From NCBI RefSeq assembly GCF_009914755.1, contig NC_060934.1: DNA of 64,000 bases, one strand, 5' to 3'. The DNA comes from the human T2T-CHM13v2.0 reference genome, Homo sapiens. A program made the translations under genes and the position numbers. This document shows positions 1-12,869 of this stretch, in pieces. Positions within the stretch are counted from its first letter, which is position 1. Each line of letters begins with the position of its first letter. Under the pieces are notes generated by a model, which ran no database searches, was not told the origin of the DNA, and was given only the letters and a program-made list of their open reading frames with translations.

Positions 1-202
1 GAATTTATATCATAGTGTTTTGTAGTAAAGCCAATTAAAACATGAATTTAAGAAGTGAACAGTTGCCTACACAATTGAAAGGCCATTAGACTTATCCATG
101 GTACAGATAGATTATGGGGACTGTGGTGTCTCTCATACATACCCCAAAACAAAACTATGTATTTAGCCAGAACACTGGAAATTTTAAAGTGATTAATATA
201 TT

Positions 203-501
203 GGCCCGGCACGGTGGCTTACGCCTGTAATCCCAACACTTTGGGAGGCCGAGGTGGGCAGATCACGAGGTCAGAAGATTGAGATCATCCTGGCTAACAC
301 AGTGAAACCCCGTCTCTACTAAAAATACAAAAAATTAGCCAGGCATGGTGGCGGGCACCTGTAGTCCCAGCTACTCAGGAGGTTGAGGCAGGAGAATGGC
401 GTGAACCCGGGAGACGGAGCTTGCGGTGAGCCGAGATCGCGCCGCTGCACTCCAGCCTGGGCTACAGAGCGAGACTCCGTCTCAAAAAACAAACAAACAA
501 A
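203..501 (+). mobile_element. AluY SINE
   Basis: Full dimeric Alu with AluY diagnostics (atcctggctaacac, gagaatggcgtgaacc, gagcttgc); (AAAC)n tail. Confidence 0.95.
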
Positions 502-1799
502 CTTGATTGGTATACTCTATTATATAAATGGTAATTAATACCTTCCAATTTATTTAAAAAATATAATGTTCTTCAATGTCTAAAGAATGTTCACTTCTCT
601 TAATTACGTGCTAGAAGTTTTGATAAAGTTGATGTAATTACAACCAAATCGTCTTCTCATTTATAAAAAATGCAAACAACAGTAATATAATGAAAACTGG
701 TGGAATAATTACGCCTGCTCTATACCAAATAAACTCCCAATTTTTGTGCTAAATTTGGCATCATGAAAAGATGTTCACTTCAGTAACCTAGTTCTTTTCT
801 AAATGCAAAGTGAAAGGCAGGCTTGGAATAATTTGTTCTTTATATCTTGCTTCAAAATTGTCAACAAAGATAGAGATAGCATTAATTGCCTCATCATATT
901 TGCGTATGGTTTTACATCTGATTAGCCATGGAAAAAAAACTGTGGGTTTTAAATACATGAAATTAGAACTACCTGGAAACTGCTTGTCAGGAACCTGTCA
1001 GCTCAGTTTCAATATTGCATATTATTAAATACTTTTTCTCTTGCTACTCATTCATGGTAAGATTTGCTAAGCCTGACAGAAACATTTTAATTACAATTTG
1101 AACTCAAGTAACTTCTTTAAGATTCACCTCCAGATCACTTTCAATTAATATTGAGAAATAGTAATACTTACTGAAATTAATTTGGAGCTTCTCTATGTAT
1201 TTAAGTGCCTTCTAAAATGAGTATAAAGACATATACCTTTTATATGCTATATAATTACAGGTCCATAGACTTATTGCATTCTATCGTAGTTTATAATTTA
1301 CTTCTTGTCTATGACCTCTAGAATAGTTTCTAATGAGTTTGGAAATACATGCAATGTTGCTGCTTCCACTATTTACAGAGGAGATTGTTGTCTTATATTC
1401 TTAGTCTTGTCATTTGAGTTTTCTTTTCCTGCTCACTGTAAAACAAAAGAAAATTTTAACCTTAAATTTTATATGAAAGATCCAGATAATATTAAAATAT
1501 TTTCTATATACAAGAAATGTAGAAAAGACCCTTGACTTTGTGATAAAATACAAATTCTTAGAAGTACTCTTCATCTGAAGCAGTTATGAAGTTGGCCTGT
1601 TAGCAGCCTAAGTGAACTTACGACTAAAACCGTAAATAATTGTACTGTATATATATGAAATGCATTTATTACATATTATTTCAGATTAGGCAAAGGTGAG
1701 CTAAGAGATGTGTGTTCATGGATGCCTATTCAGAGAGAGCCTAGGTGACATTATGAATATTGTAGTCTGGAAGGGAATTAATTTTATTCCATTTTTTTC

Positions 1800-1816
1800 T
1801 ATATGTATAAATATAA

Positions 1817-1847
<31 letters not shown>

Positions 1848-1857
1848 AAGAGAGAGA
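1800..1857. repeat. (TA)n-(GA)n compound microsatellite
   Basis: atatatatatagagagagagagagag... seen directly. Confidence 0.9.
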
Positions 1858-1893
1858 TACGCAGTGTAAATAGGAAGAAAAATTATTAAATAA

Positions 1894-2227
<334 letters not shown>

Positions 2228-3350
2228 AAAAATCAACATTTAAAACTGCAGCATTTCATAATGGAAACCAAATAAACACTTGTTTTATAAAAGCCGATTA
2301 ATGTATTTTATAAATAAAGAATATTTAAAATTTAAAATATAAGTGATTAACATTGTTTTCTAGACTAAATTATTTGCATTCAGTACCTTCTGATATAAGC
2401 CCAATGTTATTGAACCATGAAGAAACAACTCAATTGATATTCAGTTCATACATAGACAATATTAATATCATAATTGTTTCCACAATTCTGATAAGTTTCT
2501 ACATTCAATAACCTGCAAATATTTCACTTCAGATATCATCTTGATCATGAAGCCCACCCTAGCATATTCTAAATTCCTGCTGGATGTTCTACTATTCTAG
2601 CAAGCTCAGCCTGGTTCCTCAATTTTAACAGGGGAGTGTTGAAGAGAAGTCACACGGTGACAGCTGCTTAGCAGTAGGAAGGTTTAATTATTGTTTTGAG
2701 AAAAAATAAATGGGGTAAATAATGGAGAAAAAAGAACTAGAAACTCGAGGAGAAACAAATAATTGTTTAGCAACTACATGGCTGAAATATTAAGCAAAGT
2801 AGCAGCAACATGGTTGTAAACACCTGGAGGCGTCTATGAAAGGCAAATGCACTCTTTTTACATGATTCAAGTCTACACTGGACCCCGTGAAAAGGCAACT
2901 TAGTCTTAGCACAGTGTTTAGACCAGCATGGACCAATGTCTATGCAATCATGACAGTGTGACATTCTTCATGTTCAATTTTTAGCTCACAGGCAAAGCAC
3001 AGGGACCTTGGTTGTGATTGTTAAATGTAGATATTATTATCCTCATGAAAAGTGGAGCTTAGAGAAATTTGGGATATAACAAATGTATGGTGCTGACACC
3101 CTCAGCTTATAAACAGGCATTCAAGGATGGCTTAGGAATTTGGTGGATCATAAATAGACATTCAAAAGTATTAGTTATAATTACAAACACAACAAACAAA
3201 GAAACAGGTATAAGCAAAAGAAAAAGGAAAGCACAAGCACATGCCTGTACACACCCACACCAACACACACAGACTTACAAAGCATTATAGAATGTGAAGC
3301 ATAAGTTAACTAAACTCCACATCTTTCAAGTCAAGTGATCAGTTATTATT

Positions 3351-3650
3351 TTTTATTTATTTTTTTTTTTGAGACAGAGTCTCACCCTGTCACACAGGCT
3401 GGAGTGCAGTGATGCGATCTCGGCTCACTGCAACCTCCAACTCCTGGATTCAGGCATTTCTCGTGCCTCCGCCTCCTGAGTAGCTGGGATTACAGGTGTC
3501 ACCACCATGCCCGGTTAAATTTTGTATGTTTAGTAAAGACAGCGTTTCGCCATGTTGGCCAGGCTGGCCTCAAATCCTGGCCTCAAGCAATCAACCTGCC
3601 TCGGCCTCCCAGAGTGCTGGGATTACAGACATGAGCCACTGCGCCTGGCC
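3351..3650 (-). mobile_element. Alu (old AluS/AluJ-like)
   Basis: Full Alu; ggcctcaagcaatc in left arm; TSD agttattatttttta. Confidence 0.93.
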
Positions 3651-3896
3651 AGTTATTATTTTTTAAAAAATAATAAAGCAAGGGAACAAGGTATAACTCT
3701 TTAAATTTGTAATTTTAAAACTGTACAATGAGTGTACAGTTTTCCAAAATTCCTTTAGAGAGTGAATGAATGAAGACATTTCAAGACCACTGGTCTAGTC
3801 TCAGCTTGATGCACAGTGCCGAAGCCTGGCTCTCAATGGCTGCCTCCTGTGTGTCTGTCTCTGCACCCCATCACCCTGCAGTCTTGTCTTCTCTAA

Positions 3897-4333
<437 letters not shown>

Positions 4334-4775
4334 TGAGGCCTCTCCTGTGGAAATTCCGAATGTGCTGTAGTTCTTCCCCTCTCCTGTCACATTTGGCACC
4401 CTAAGGTGGCACCGTGTTTCATGTCTTCATCTTCCACAGTAGGTTCTGTGAGGGTAGAGACTTGTTTGCTGTAGCCACAGACATAGCATTCCAGAACACA
4501 AAGCAGATGCTCAGGAACTGTGAGTGAACTTGCAGCAATAACAATTACCTGAAATGAACTAGCAAAAAATGTATGCAGTGTGATCAGAGGCAGGGTGGCC
4601 AATATTTTAATACTGAAATCATTTTTATATAAAAATAATCCATCAATAAAGTATTAAAATGTTCCACATGATAAATACTAGCATAATTCTTTGTAAAAAT
4701 TACATATTTTGAAATCAGTGTCTGACTGGAAATAGATGCACAATACACACTTATTGCAAGAATGAATTCATGAGG

Positions 4776-5005
4776 CCACAGTACAGCATTGTGCTTAAGA
4801 GCTCAATCGCTGCAAGTAAACACACTTGGGTTCTTGAGATTAGTTGTGTGAAAAAGAGAAATTTATCAACCTCTGTGACTCTCCATTTTCTTATCTGTAA
4901 AACCGGGATGATACTGTACCTACATCTTTGCATCGTAAGGATAAAGGAAGATAATGAAACTGTGCTCAGAGAGTATTAAGAACTAAGTAGTAGATGTTAT
5001 TATTA
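4776..5005 (+). mobile_element. MIR SINE
   Basis: MIR core-like: aacctctgtgactctccattttcttatctgtaaaaccgggatgatactgtacctac. Confidence 0.75.
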
Positions 5006-5675
5006 GGTTTTTGATAAGTAAAGAGAGATCAAAACTATATTTACTGATCATATTAAGCTGAAATATGTTGACCAGTGTTCAACAACTTCCCATAGGGTAC
5101 ATTTATCTTTGGGATTATGTAGCCAAGAAAACTAGAGCTTTAGGCTGCTGGCTTGTTTGGTCCCAAGTTATATCTACAATAGGTTATGTTTTCCTTGTAC
5201 CTCTTTGAAATACTTCTTCTTCACTGTAGGACTCTACTTCAGCAGATAATCAACACTCTCATTTCAACCTCAAAGTTAATTGGTGGGATGTCTTTTCCCT
5301 TAGGTTTGTTTCTATGGACAATCTCATGATATGGATTTCTTCATTAAACTACATGGATTTAACAATTATGCCTCTAGGAGCAAAAAAGCTGAGAAACATA
5401 TGTGGGTGGTTAGGAATACTTAATATGTTTTTATATTAATTTCTAAGTAAGCATTTCGCAGAGCTTTTTAATATAGTATCTCAAATGGTAAGTGATTAAT
5501 CTAGGAATCTTGGCTTAATAGTTTTGAACCAAATGATTTTTTTTGCCAGTACCTTGAAATTCTAAAATATAGGGAACAGTTTATATTATGAGTGTAAATA
5601 AAATTGACTATATTCTTGCTCTGATGTATTCTCCAAAAAACCGAAAGTCCTGTTAGTGTTAAAACCAAGTGATAA

Positions 5676-5988
<313 letters not shown>

Positions 5989-6279
5989 TTAAATTTATTT
6001 TTAACTAATTTTACTAGTGCCTACATGCATGGATTAATTAATTAATGCAAGGAAGCAATAATTGAGGTTAAGAAAACATACTATATTCCTATATTTGTGG
6101 TACAGATTTCTTCAATTTACCCACCTTGGTGAAGCTATTCTAATATGTAGACATAGATTACATAAGAAAAAATGAATTATGAAAATATCTTGGCTTCTTA
6201 CAAATCAAAATGTTAGGTCCTAAATTGTCAAGAAATGAAAGGTAAAACAAGGTGTTTTGTTGCCCTTAACAGTATTGGG

Positions 6280-6480
6280 AGTATTTAGGACAACCAAAAT
6301 GATTAAAGGTTTTGAGCAACTACTGTATTCAGGAAAGACTGAAAAGATTAGGATTCTTTAGGCTGGAAGTAATGACAGCAGACATGAATGAGATCTCTGA
6401 TATCATGAAGGTTGTGGGTAAGGTGACCACTTGTTCAACCAAATCACAAAATGTTAGAAGGAAAATGCTTTGGGAATTTA
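6280..6480 (+). mobile_element. CR1/L3 LINE ORF2 C-terminal relic
   Basis: Translation QERLKRLGFFRLEVMTADMNEISDIMK resembles the CR1-clade RT C-terminal motif [29 protein letters not shown]. Confidence 0.6.
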
Positions 6481-7019
6481 GTGCAAAATTCCAGAGAGTA
6501 ATCCTTAACAGAAGTCCCTTTGTGTGCAATTATTTGCAAACTCTGGTGCCACTGCCCAGTGGATGGAAGCTTTTCTCTTCTTCGCACAATGGTTTCAGAA
6601 CACTTGCATGGTCTCTTTGTCTCCTCATGACGTTTCTCAGTCATGAATCATATCCATCTTTAACACACTCTTAGCCAGTTGTACCTAAGAAGACAATTGT
6701 GATTTAGTGTTAGGAGTTTGGGGGTAAAAACATAAATTGGGAAGCAGTTTAAGCTTAGCTGCTATAAGCTTAGCCGAAAAATCCACCCTGATGTCTAACA
6801 GATAAGCAAGGCTGGCTCTCCCTGGGCCAATCCATTTCTCCTTAGGGATTGGCTTAAGGAAGGAAGCTGTTTTCCTTCAGTTCCAGCCTGAATTTAGATC
6901 TCAGCAAAAACGTGTTTGTTTTTCAATTTCTTCTTCATTCTAGGTAGTTGGCAATTTGACTCCCTTGTAGCTGATGTTGTGTTCTGCCAGTAAGTCATGA
7001 TATGGATATCTAGCATTTA

Positions 7020-7370
7020 CTTATCCATTAATTGGAAAATAGTTATCCAACTTCTTTTCTGTGCCACTCCCTTTGTGAGATGCTGTAAAACCAGAAGAGG
7101 TCAGGCAGACAATGCCCCTGCTTTCATGGAGCTTCCTACCAGTGGAGACAGGAGTCCTGCAGTAATTACAGTAAAATGTGATGAGGGCTGTAATGGGGAT
7201 GGAAGAGGATGCTATGGAGACATTGAGAAGAGGACCGTCAGCCTGCAGAAGGGGAGCAGTGTAGGCAGAGGGTGAACATTCAGAGGCTAAACAGTTGTAG
7301 TCCAAAAAGAATTAGGTAGACTTGAAAGAAGTTTGCCAAATGTGAGGCTGAAGAACAGACAGAGGGCAGA
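7020..7370 (-). mobile_element. L2 LINE 3' fragment
   Basis: cagacaatgcccctgctttcatggagctt is typical of an antisense L2 3' end. Confidence 0.65.
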
Positions 7371-7549
7371 TGTGTTACAAATATCAACTTTGTAAAACTA
7401 AGAACAATGAGAAGACATTGCTTTCCTTTCTTGAAGGTAACGTAATTATATTTTCAATATAAAAAATCACACCGTCTTCAAGTGAGGGAGATGGATTGGA
7501 TGTGAAAATGGCAGTCAGAGCAGTTTTTTGCAGGAATCTGAATTAGGAA

Positions 7550-10026
7550 TTGGGCAAATTCTTACATTTGGGCTTTATTTCCTAAAACTGAAGTACAGCT
7601 ACTCTAATAAAGAGAAAATAACTAATTCTGAGTCTTGGCCTTTTCTTGTTTCTGCATGAGAACACTTTTAACTTTCCTGTTTTGTTGCTGCAAAAAGTAC
7701 ACTGGCAATATGTTCATCCCATACTAAGGAGACACTCACTGTGATTATTAATGATGATTAGTCATTTGCAAACTTCATTTAAAGATGAAATACAAATACA
7801 TAATGTTTTGCTGCACTATATCTTTATCAGAGTATCATATTTCAACTTTGAGAAGTAAAGCTCAAATTTAGGAATTTGCCTAAACTAAGGAGGAACCAAT
7901 AGAAATAGAAAGTCATGGAATGTGGAAGATTTTTTATAATGTAGAATTGCAAATACCTGGCTACCGATTCTACTGGTGTTGCTCTCTGAGTCATCTGGGT
8001 CATTTTCTAATTCCCCTTTGCTGCATGAATGCTTTCCTTAAGAAAAATCTAGAAATTAACTGGGTCAAAATGATGCAGTGTTTAGAGGAGAGCTTCTCAG
8101 CTTTGGATGCGTGTTAGAGAAAAGGTGTGAAGGTGCTTTAGAGTGTCTCATTAGAATGGGGTGAGCATTTTGCCACTGTACTTTTTACAGCAGTAAAACA
8201 GGAATTTAAAAGTATCTTCATGGAGAAACAGGAGAAGTCCAAGACTCGGAATTAATTAGGACTCTGGGAGTTCTACAGTGCAACCATCTGAAATCAACAA
8301 TAAGAAAATGAAGTGCATGAAGAAAAGTGGTGCCCAAATCCTCTGCAATCTAAAGCCCACATGTAACTTTTTTATGAAATAAGAAGCAGAAAATGCACCA
8401 GCAATGGCACTTCTGTATTATAAGAGACCACCTATAAGGCCAAGTGAAACATAAAAGTGTTTATTTTTCTTAGTTACTCAATGAACAGAAATTGAATAAC
8501 AAGCTAAAAGATGCCTACGGCAAGAAACAGTTTCCATCCCTCTCCTTTCCAATATTTTCCATTTCCTTTTCTCTTGATTCCACATGACATGAGTGATTTT
8601 TTAAAAGAAATATTATATTACGCTAGTCAACTTCCAAAAAAATTAAACATAGACACAACATCATAAAATCACAGCATAAAAAAGGATGTCTTTTTCAGAA
8701 GCAAAAATGAAATTGGAAGGATCTCTTCGCCCTTCTCTTTTCTTCTGGGCACTACCAAAAGTAAATTTCTGAAAAAAAAAAAAAAAAAGAAGCAATAGGA
8801 AAGGGAAAGAAAGAAACCCAAGAGGAGGTGAAGACAGAAGAACTAAAGCAGGAGCTGTATGTCGGGGGAAGAACATCTCTGTTTCATTTACAAAGACGAT
8901 ACAACACATACCCTCCAAAACACAAATACATGGCATCCTAGAGCAGCCTGCTTGCAGCTTGGTCCCAGCTACCTCTACAGGAATTTTTTGCTTTGGTTAA
9001 GGGTGGTCTAGAGACTCTTTTGAGAAGATCAGTTCAACCAGGCCAGATTAGATGTCTCCTGTGTATATCCTCATAGTAAACCCTGCTTATTACTGATGGC
9101 GTCCTCTGGCGACAAGGGGCTGCATCTGTACAGAGTAAGGGTGCCCTCCCTTCTTAGTGCTGCTGATGATGGAAGAGAAATCCTGGAGGAATTACAGAGA
9201 GGCCATAGGCGTGTTTAGGCCATAGACATGTCTTCACGCAGAAACAGGAGAAGCCCAAGACTCAGAATTAATCAGGACTCTGGGCATTCTGTAGTGCAAC
9301 CATCTGAAATCAACAATAAGATAAGGAAGCGCATGGAGAAACATGTGGTGCCCTAATCCTCTGCCATCTGAAGCCCACATGTAACTTTTTGTCATATTAT
9401 ATATTGTATTTTCAGAAGGTTTGACTGGCTCCTTCTTCCTTTCCCCCAAGAAATTAATATATATGATAAGAGGTTTTTTTAGAGACCGGTCTTAAGAAAT
9501 TTTAATTTTTATTAATGCGATTGTTGACAATATTATCTGTTACCTGTCTCAGTTATCTTTACTTTAATAGTGCCTGTATAAATATACCATATGTAAATTT
9601 TACCTTCTGTTTTTGCAGAATATTGTTCCTAATGGAGTAGATTAACTATCAAAAAGGTACAAAAGTCTAGTTTTCACACCAGAAACATCACTCTGACAGA
9701 TTTTTCATTAGTGTCTGTGTTTTATTAACATATATATATAAAGTGTGTGGTGTGTGTGTGTGTATGTGTGTGTGTGTGTGTCCAAATTATCATTTGAAAT
9801 TTCCACCCAATGATTTGGTGTCACACAGACATGACCTTAAATGCTTTGTCTTTTAAATTGTGAAAATCTTCCTGAGATTTATAACATTTCCTAATTTTTG
9901 ACCAGGGTTTGATAATTTCACTTAAAGAAGAAATAGAAACTCATAGGGTTTTTGCTGCATTATATCTTGATCCTTCATTAAAGTGTATGTACTTCAATAT
10001 TGGAAAGTAAAGCCCAAATGAAAAAT
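7550..10026. repeat. Local mosaic of direct and inverted diverged duplications (segments X and Y, three copies each)
   Basis: Y: 8141-8372(+), 7619-7737(-), 9231-9390(+). X: 7765-7883(+), 7550-7613(-), 9908-10026(+). Aligned by eye. Confidence 0.9.
9743..9781. repeat. (TG)n microsatellite
   Basis: Interrupted gtgtgt run. Confidence 0.9.
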
Positions 10027-10481
10027 GTGTTAATAAGCATTTCTTCTGTTCAGATCTGATATCTAACAGCTGGCATTCATTCATCAAAAGAATCATGACG
10101 TGACCTCCCTAAAATTTGGACTTGGATTCTAAGGAGATTTTTTTTTAATGCAACCAGTGGGATCTTGTTGTTATAGGGACTCCAGAGCTGGGTTGAGAAG
10201 TTAGGGTTATCAGCCTAAAAACAGCATCATTTACGGAGTACCAGAATAGACAAGTGCACATAACATCATTCTTTAACATGTACTTTTGTCTACTGTGCCT
10301 GTGTTCTAGCCATCAAAAAGGGCTGGATAGATATGATGGTTAATTCAGCCTGTTTTTCTGTTAGTTCAAAGTTGAGTCAAAGCAAAGCAGTAACTGACAG
10401 CATCTTCCATTTGGCAATTAACTAGTGAATGCCTATACTCACTAGTTGTATTCCTCCTACTGTTGAGTCATGTTATAATTA

Positions 10482-10515
10482 TTAGGCTGGTGCAAAAGTA
10501 ATTGCACCAACCTAA
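10482..10515. mobile_element. Internally deleted MADE1 (Hsmar1 mariner MITE)
   Basis: TA-ttaggctggtgcaaaagtaattgcaccaacctaa-TA: both MADE1 termini and a TA TSD. Confidence 0.88.
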
Positions 10516-12312
10516 TAGCTTGTGCGCTATTCAAATTTTCCATATTTTATGACCTGTCTCCTAAATAAATTGCAAGTACCTCAAAGGCCCTAGACACTCT
10601 ACATTTTTCTACATTTTTAATATTCTCTATCTTCACCGTGTCTAGAAGTTTGCCTGGCATTTAAAAACTTTTGTTAATTAAGCTATATTAAGTAGATGAT
10701 TTAACATAAGTGAAGACACACTACCAGACGTTGGTTCTCTAATCATGTAAAAAATTATTTGCTAGATGGTGAGATTTCCCACCCCGACCCCTTCCAGGGT
10801 GGAGATGTTACACATAAGAGATTTTCTTTCTTGATAAGATAAGCCCTTCAGGATTCAGAAAAATCAGGCTCTGATAAAGTGACTCATTCTTTTAACTACC
10901 CAGAAATTTAAACTCCTTGGGTCTTGGCACAGCTACTCACATCTCTATTCCAGGAATGAGAGTTACTGACATAGTAGAACAGTCAAATGGTCTGAGAAGA
11001 TGAAGTTTAATTACAACTTTAATAGCACACAACTTCAAAGCATCCAGCCAAAATGGTGACAGGAATTACAATATTCATTTGGTCTATCAATCATACTTTT
11101 TGTTAATTTCCCGAATTTGGCATCATCAAGTAGTGATCCCGGCTATGACAAAATTTTGGCGGGCAAGAACTAAAGCATTCCCTACAAAACTAGCAATCAT
11201 CTGCTACAACCTCATTTCTGTGGGATAAAATGGGCACCAGAAATCCGACCAAAGCAGCCAGCAATAAACACAGCATCAATTACGCCACCAGAAGAACTAA
11301 AGTAGCAAAGAACAAGACAGCATCAATTATTCAATCTCTACGTCTAGATTCATGCCACAGCACTCCTTGAATGCATTGGCAATGTGTGTTAAGTTAGGCA
11401 TTCTGTTCCAAAACACTGACTTGCTTGAAGAGTTATAAAATAAAACTTAAGAAGTTGCTGTGTTTATGACCACAGAGCAAGAGTCAGAAGTGGAATCCTG
11501 GGAGCTGATGAAAATTTATTTCACAATATTGCTTAAAACTAGCCCCAAGAGGGAAGAGAGAGTGGAAAATGGCTCTAATTTCATCTTTCTCACTTGAAAT
11601 TATGGGGTGATATTTACAGTCCTGCCTCAGTCAACTGACAGCAAATCTTTTCCTATGATTGCAGAAAGTTTCTTCTCTTAAGTGAGGAGAATGTGTTAAA
11701 GGAACACATGGTAGGGAGAGAGAGGCAAACACCGAGGAAAAATGCTTCCATTGATAAAAATTCATGCCAAGACTTGATGATATGGCCATAAAGCAAGCCC
11801 TAGAATGGAAGGGTTTCACTCTGGAATCCCTTGAGGCCTAACACATGAACTTGCAAAGTGTGAGGCTTTAGGACCTGGTGACAAATGCAGTCATCGAGAA
11901 ATTCTGGCATTCAGTGAATTCTGTCAAGGTGGTTTCAATGTGGGGGCTATGCAACACAGACACATTTATTCCATGCAAGACCATACAAGTGAGGAGTTGT
12001 TGTGTTGGGAAGAAAAGGTCATTAAACCTTTTAGAATAGTTTAGCACAGCTAATAGGAAGCGAAGGTTGACTTTGAACAAGCAAGTCATGTAGAATCAAG
12101 ACTTTGAGAAATGTCTTTCATAAACTACTCATCAAAATTTGTAATACATTTGTTTTTTAAATTAACTGAATTCCAAAAATAGTTGTAATACTAACTCAAC
12201 CCAAAAGAAGCTTATTTTGTTTTGTTTTGCTTTTTTATTTCTTTTATTACTACAGAGCCATATGATCACTGGATAAAATTTATACACATTCTTTCCAGAG
12301 GCTAGAATACAG

Positions 12313-12869
12313 TGTATTAGCCAGGGTTCTCTAGAGGGACAGAACTAATAAGATAGATGTATGTATGAAAGGGAGTTTATTCAGGAGAGTTGACTCACAG
12401 GATCACAAGGTAAAGTCCCACGATAGGTCCTCTGCAAGTTGAGGAGCAAGGAAGCCAGTAGTGGGTCAGTTCGAGTCCCCAAACCTCAAAAGTAGGGAAG
12501 TCAACAGTACAGCTTTCAGTCTGGCCAAAGGCCCCAGAGCTCCTGGCAAACCACTGGTGTAAGTCCAAGAGTCCAAAAGCTGAAGAACTTGGAGTCTGAT
12601 GTTCAAGGGCAGAAAGCATCCCACACAGGAGAAAGATATGGCCAGAAGGCTCAGTCAGTCTAGTCCTTCCACATTCTTCTGCCCGTTTTATCCTAGCTTC
12701 TCTGGCAACTGATTAGATGGTGCCCACTGAGATTGAGGGTGGGTCTGCCTTTCCCAGTCCAATGACTCAAATGTTAATCTCCTTTGGCAGCACCCTCACA
12801 GACACACCCAGGAACAATACTTTGCATCCTTCAATCCAATCAAGTTGACACTCAATATTAACCATCACA
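12313..12869 (-). mobile_element. MLT2A (ERVL) solo LTR, MLT2A2-like
   Basis: Ends tgtattagccagggttctctagagggacagaac ... caagttgacactcaatattaaccatcaca; 5-bp TSD tacag/tagag. Confidence 0.92.

Noticed and set aside
7619-8258. Inverted repeat as the TIRs of a ~640-bp DNA transposon
   Set aside because: Homology with the 9231 copy continues past the putative right end to 8372, and segment X adjoins the left end, so the ends are not element termini. No known TIR is recognised.
8215-9390. Duplicated Y segment as a pair of H/ACA snoRNAs (size ~150 nt, ATAAGA H-like box, ACA near the end)
   Set aside because: In the second copy the ACA would be buried in an acatgtgg/ccacatgt stem. Homology extends upstream as genomic DNA (8141-8214), and no known snoRNA is recognised. 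An Rfam/snoGPS scan would settle it.
9619-9656. + strand exon after the cttctgtttttgcag acceptor
   Set aside because: Weak donor (GTACAA) and stops in all three frames.
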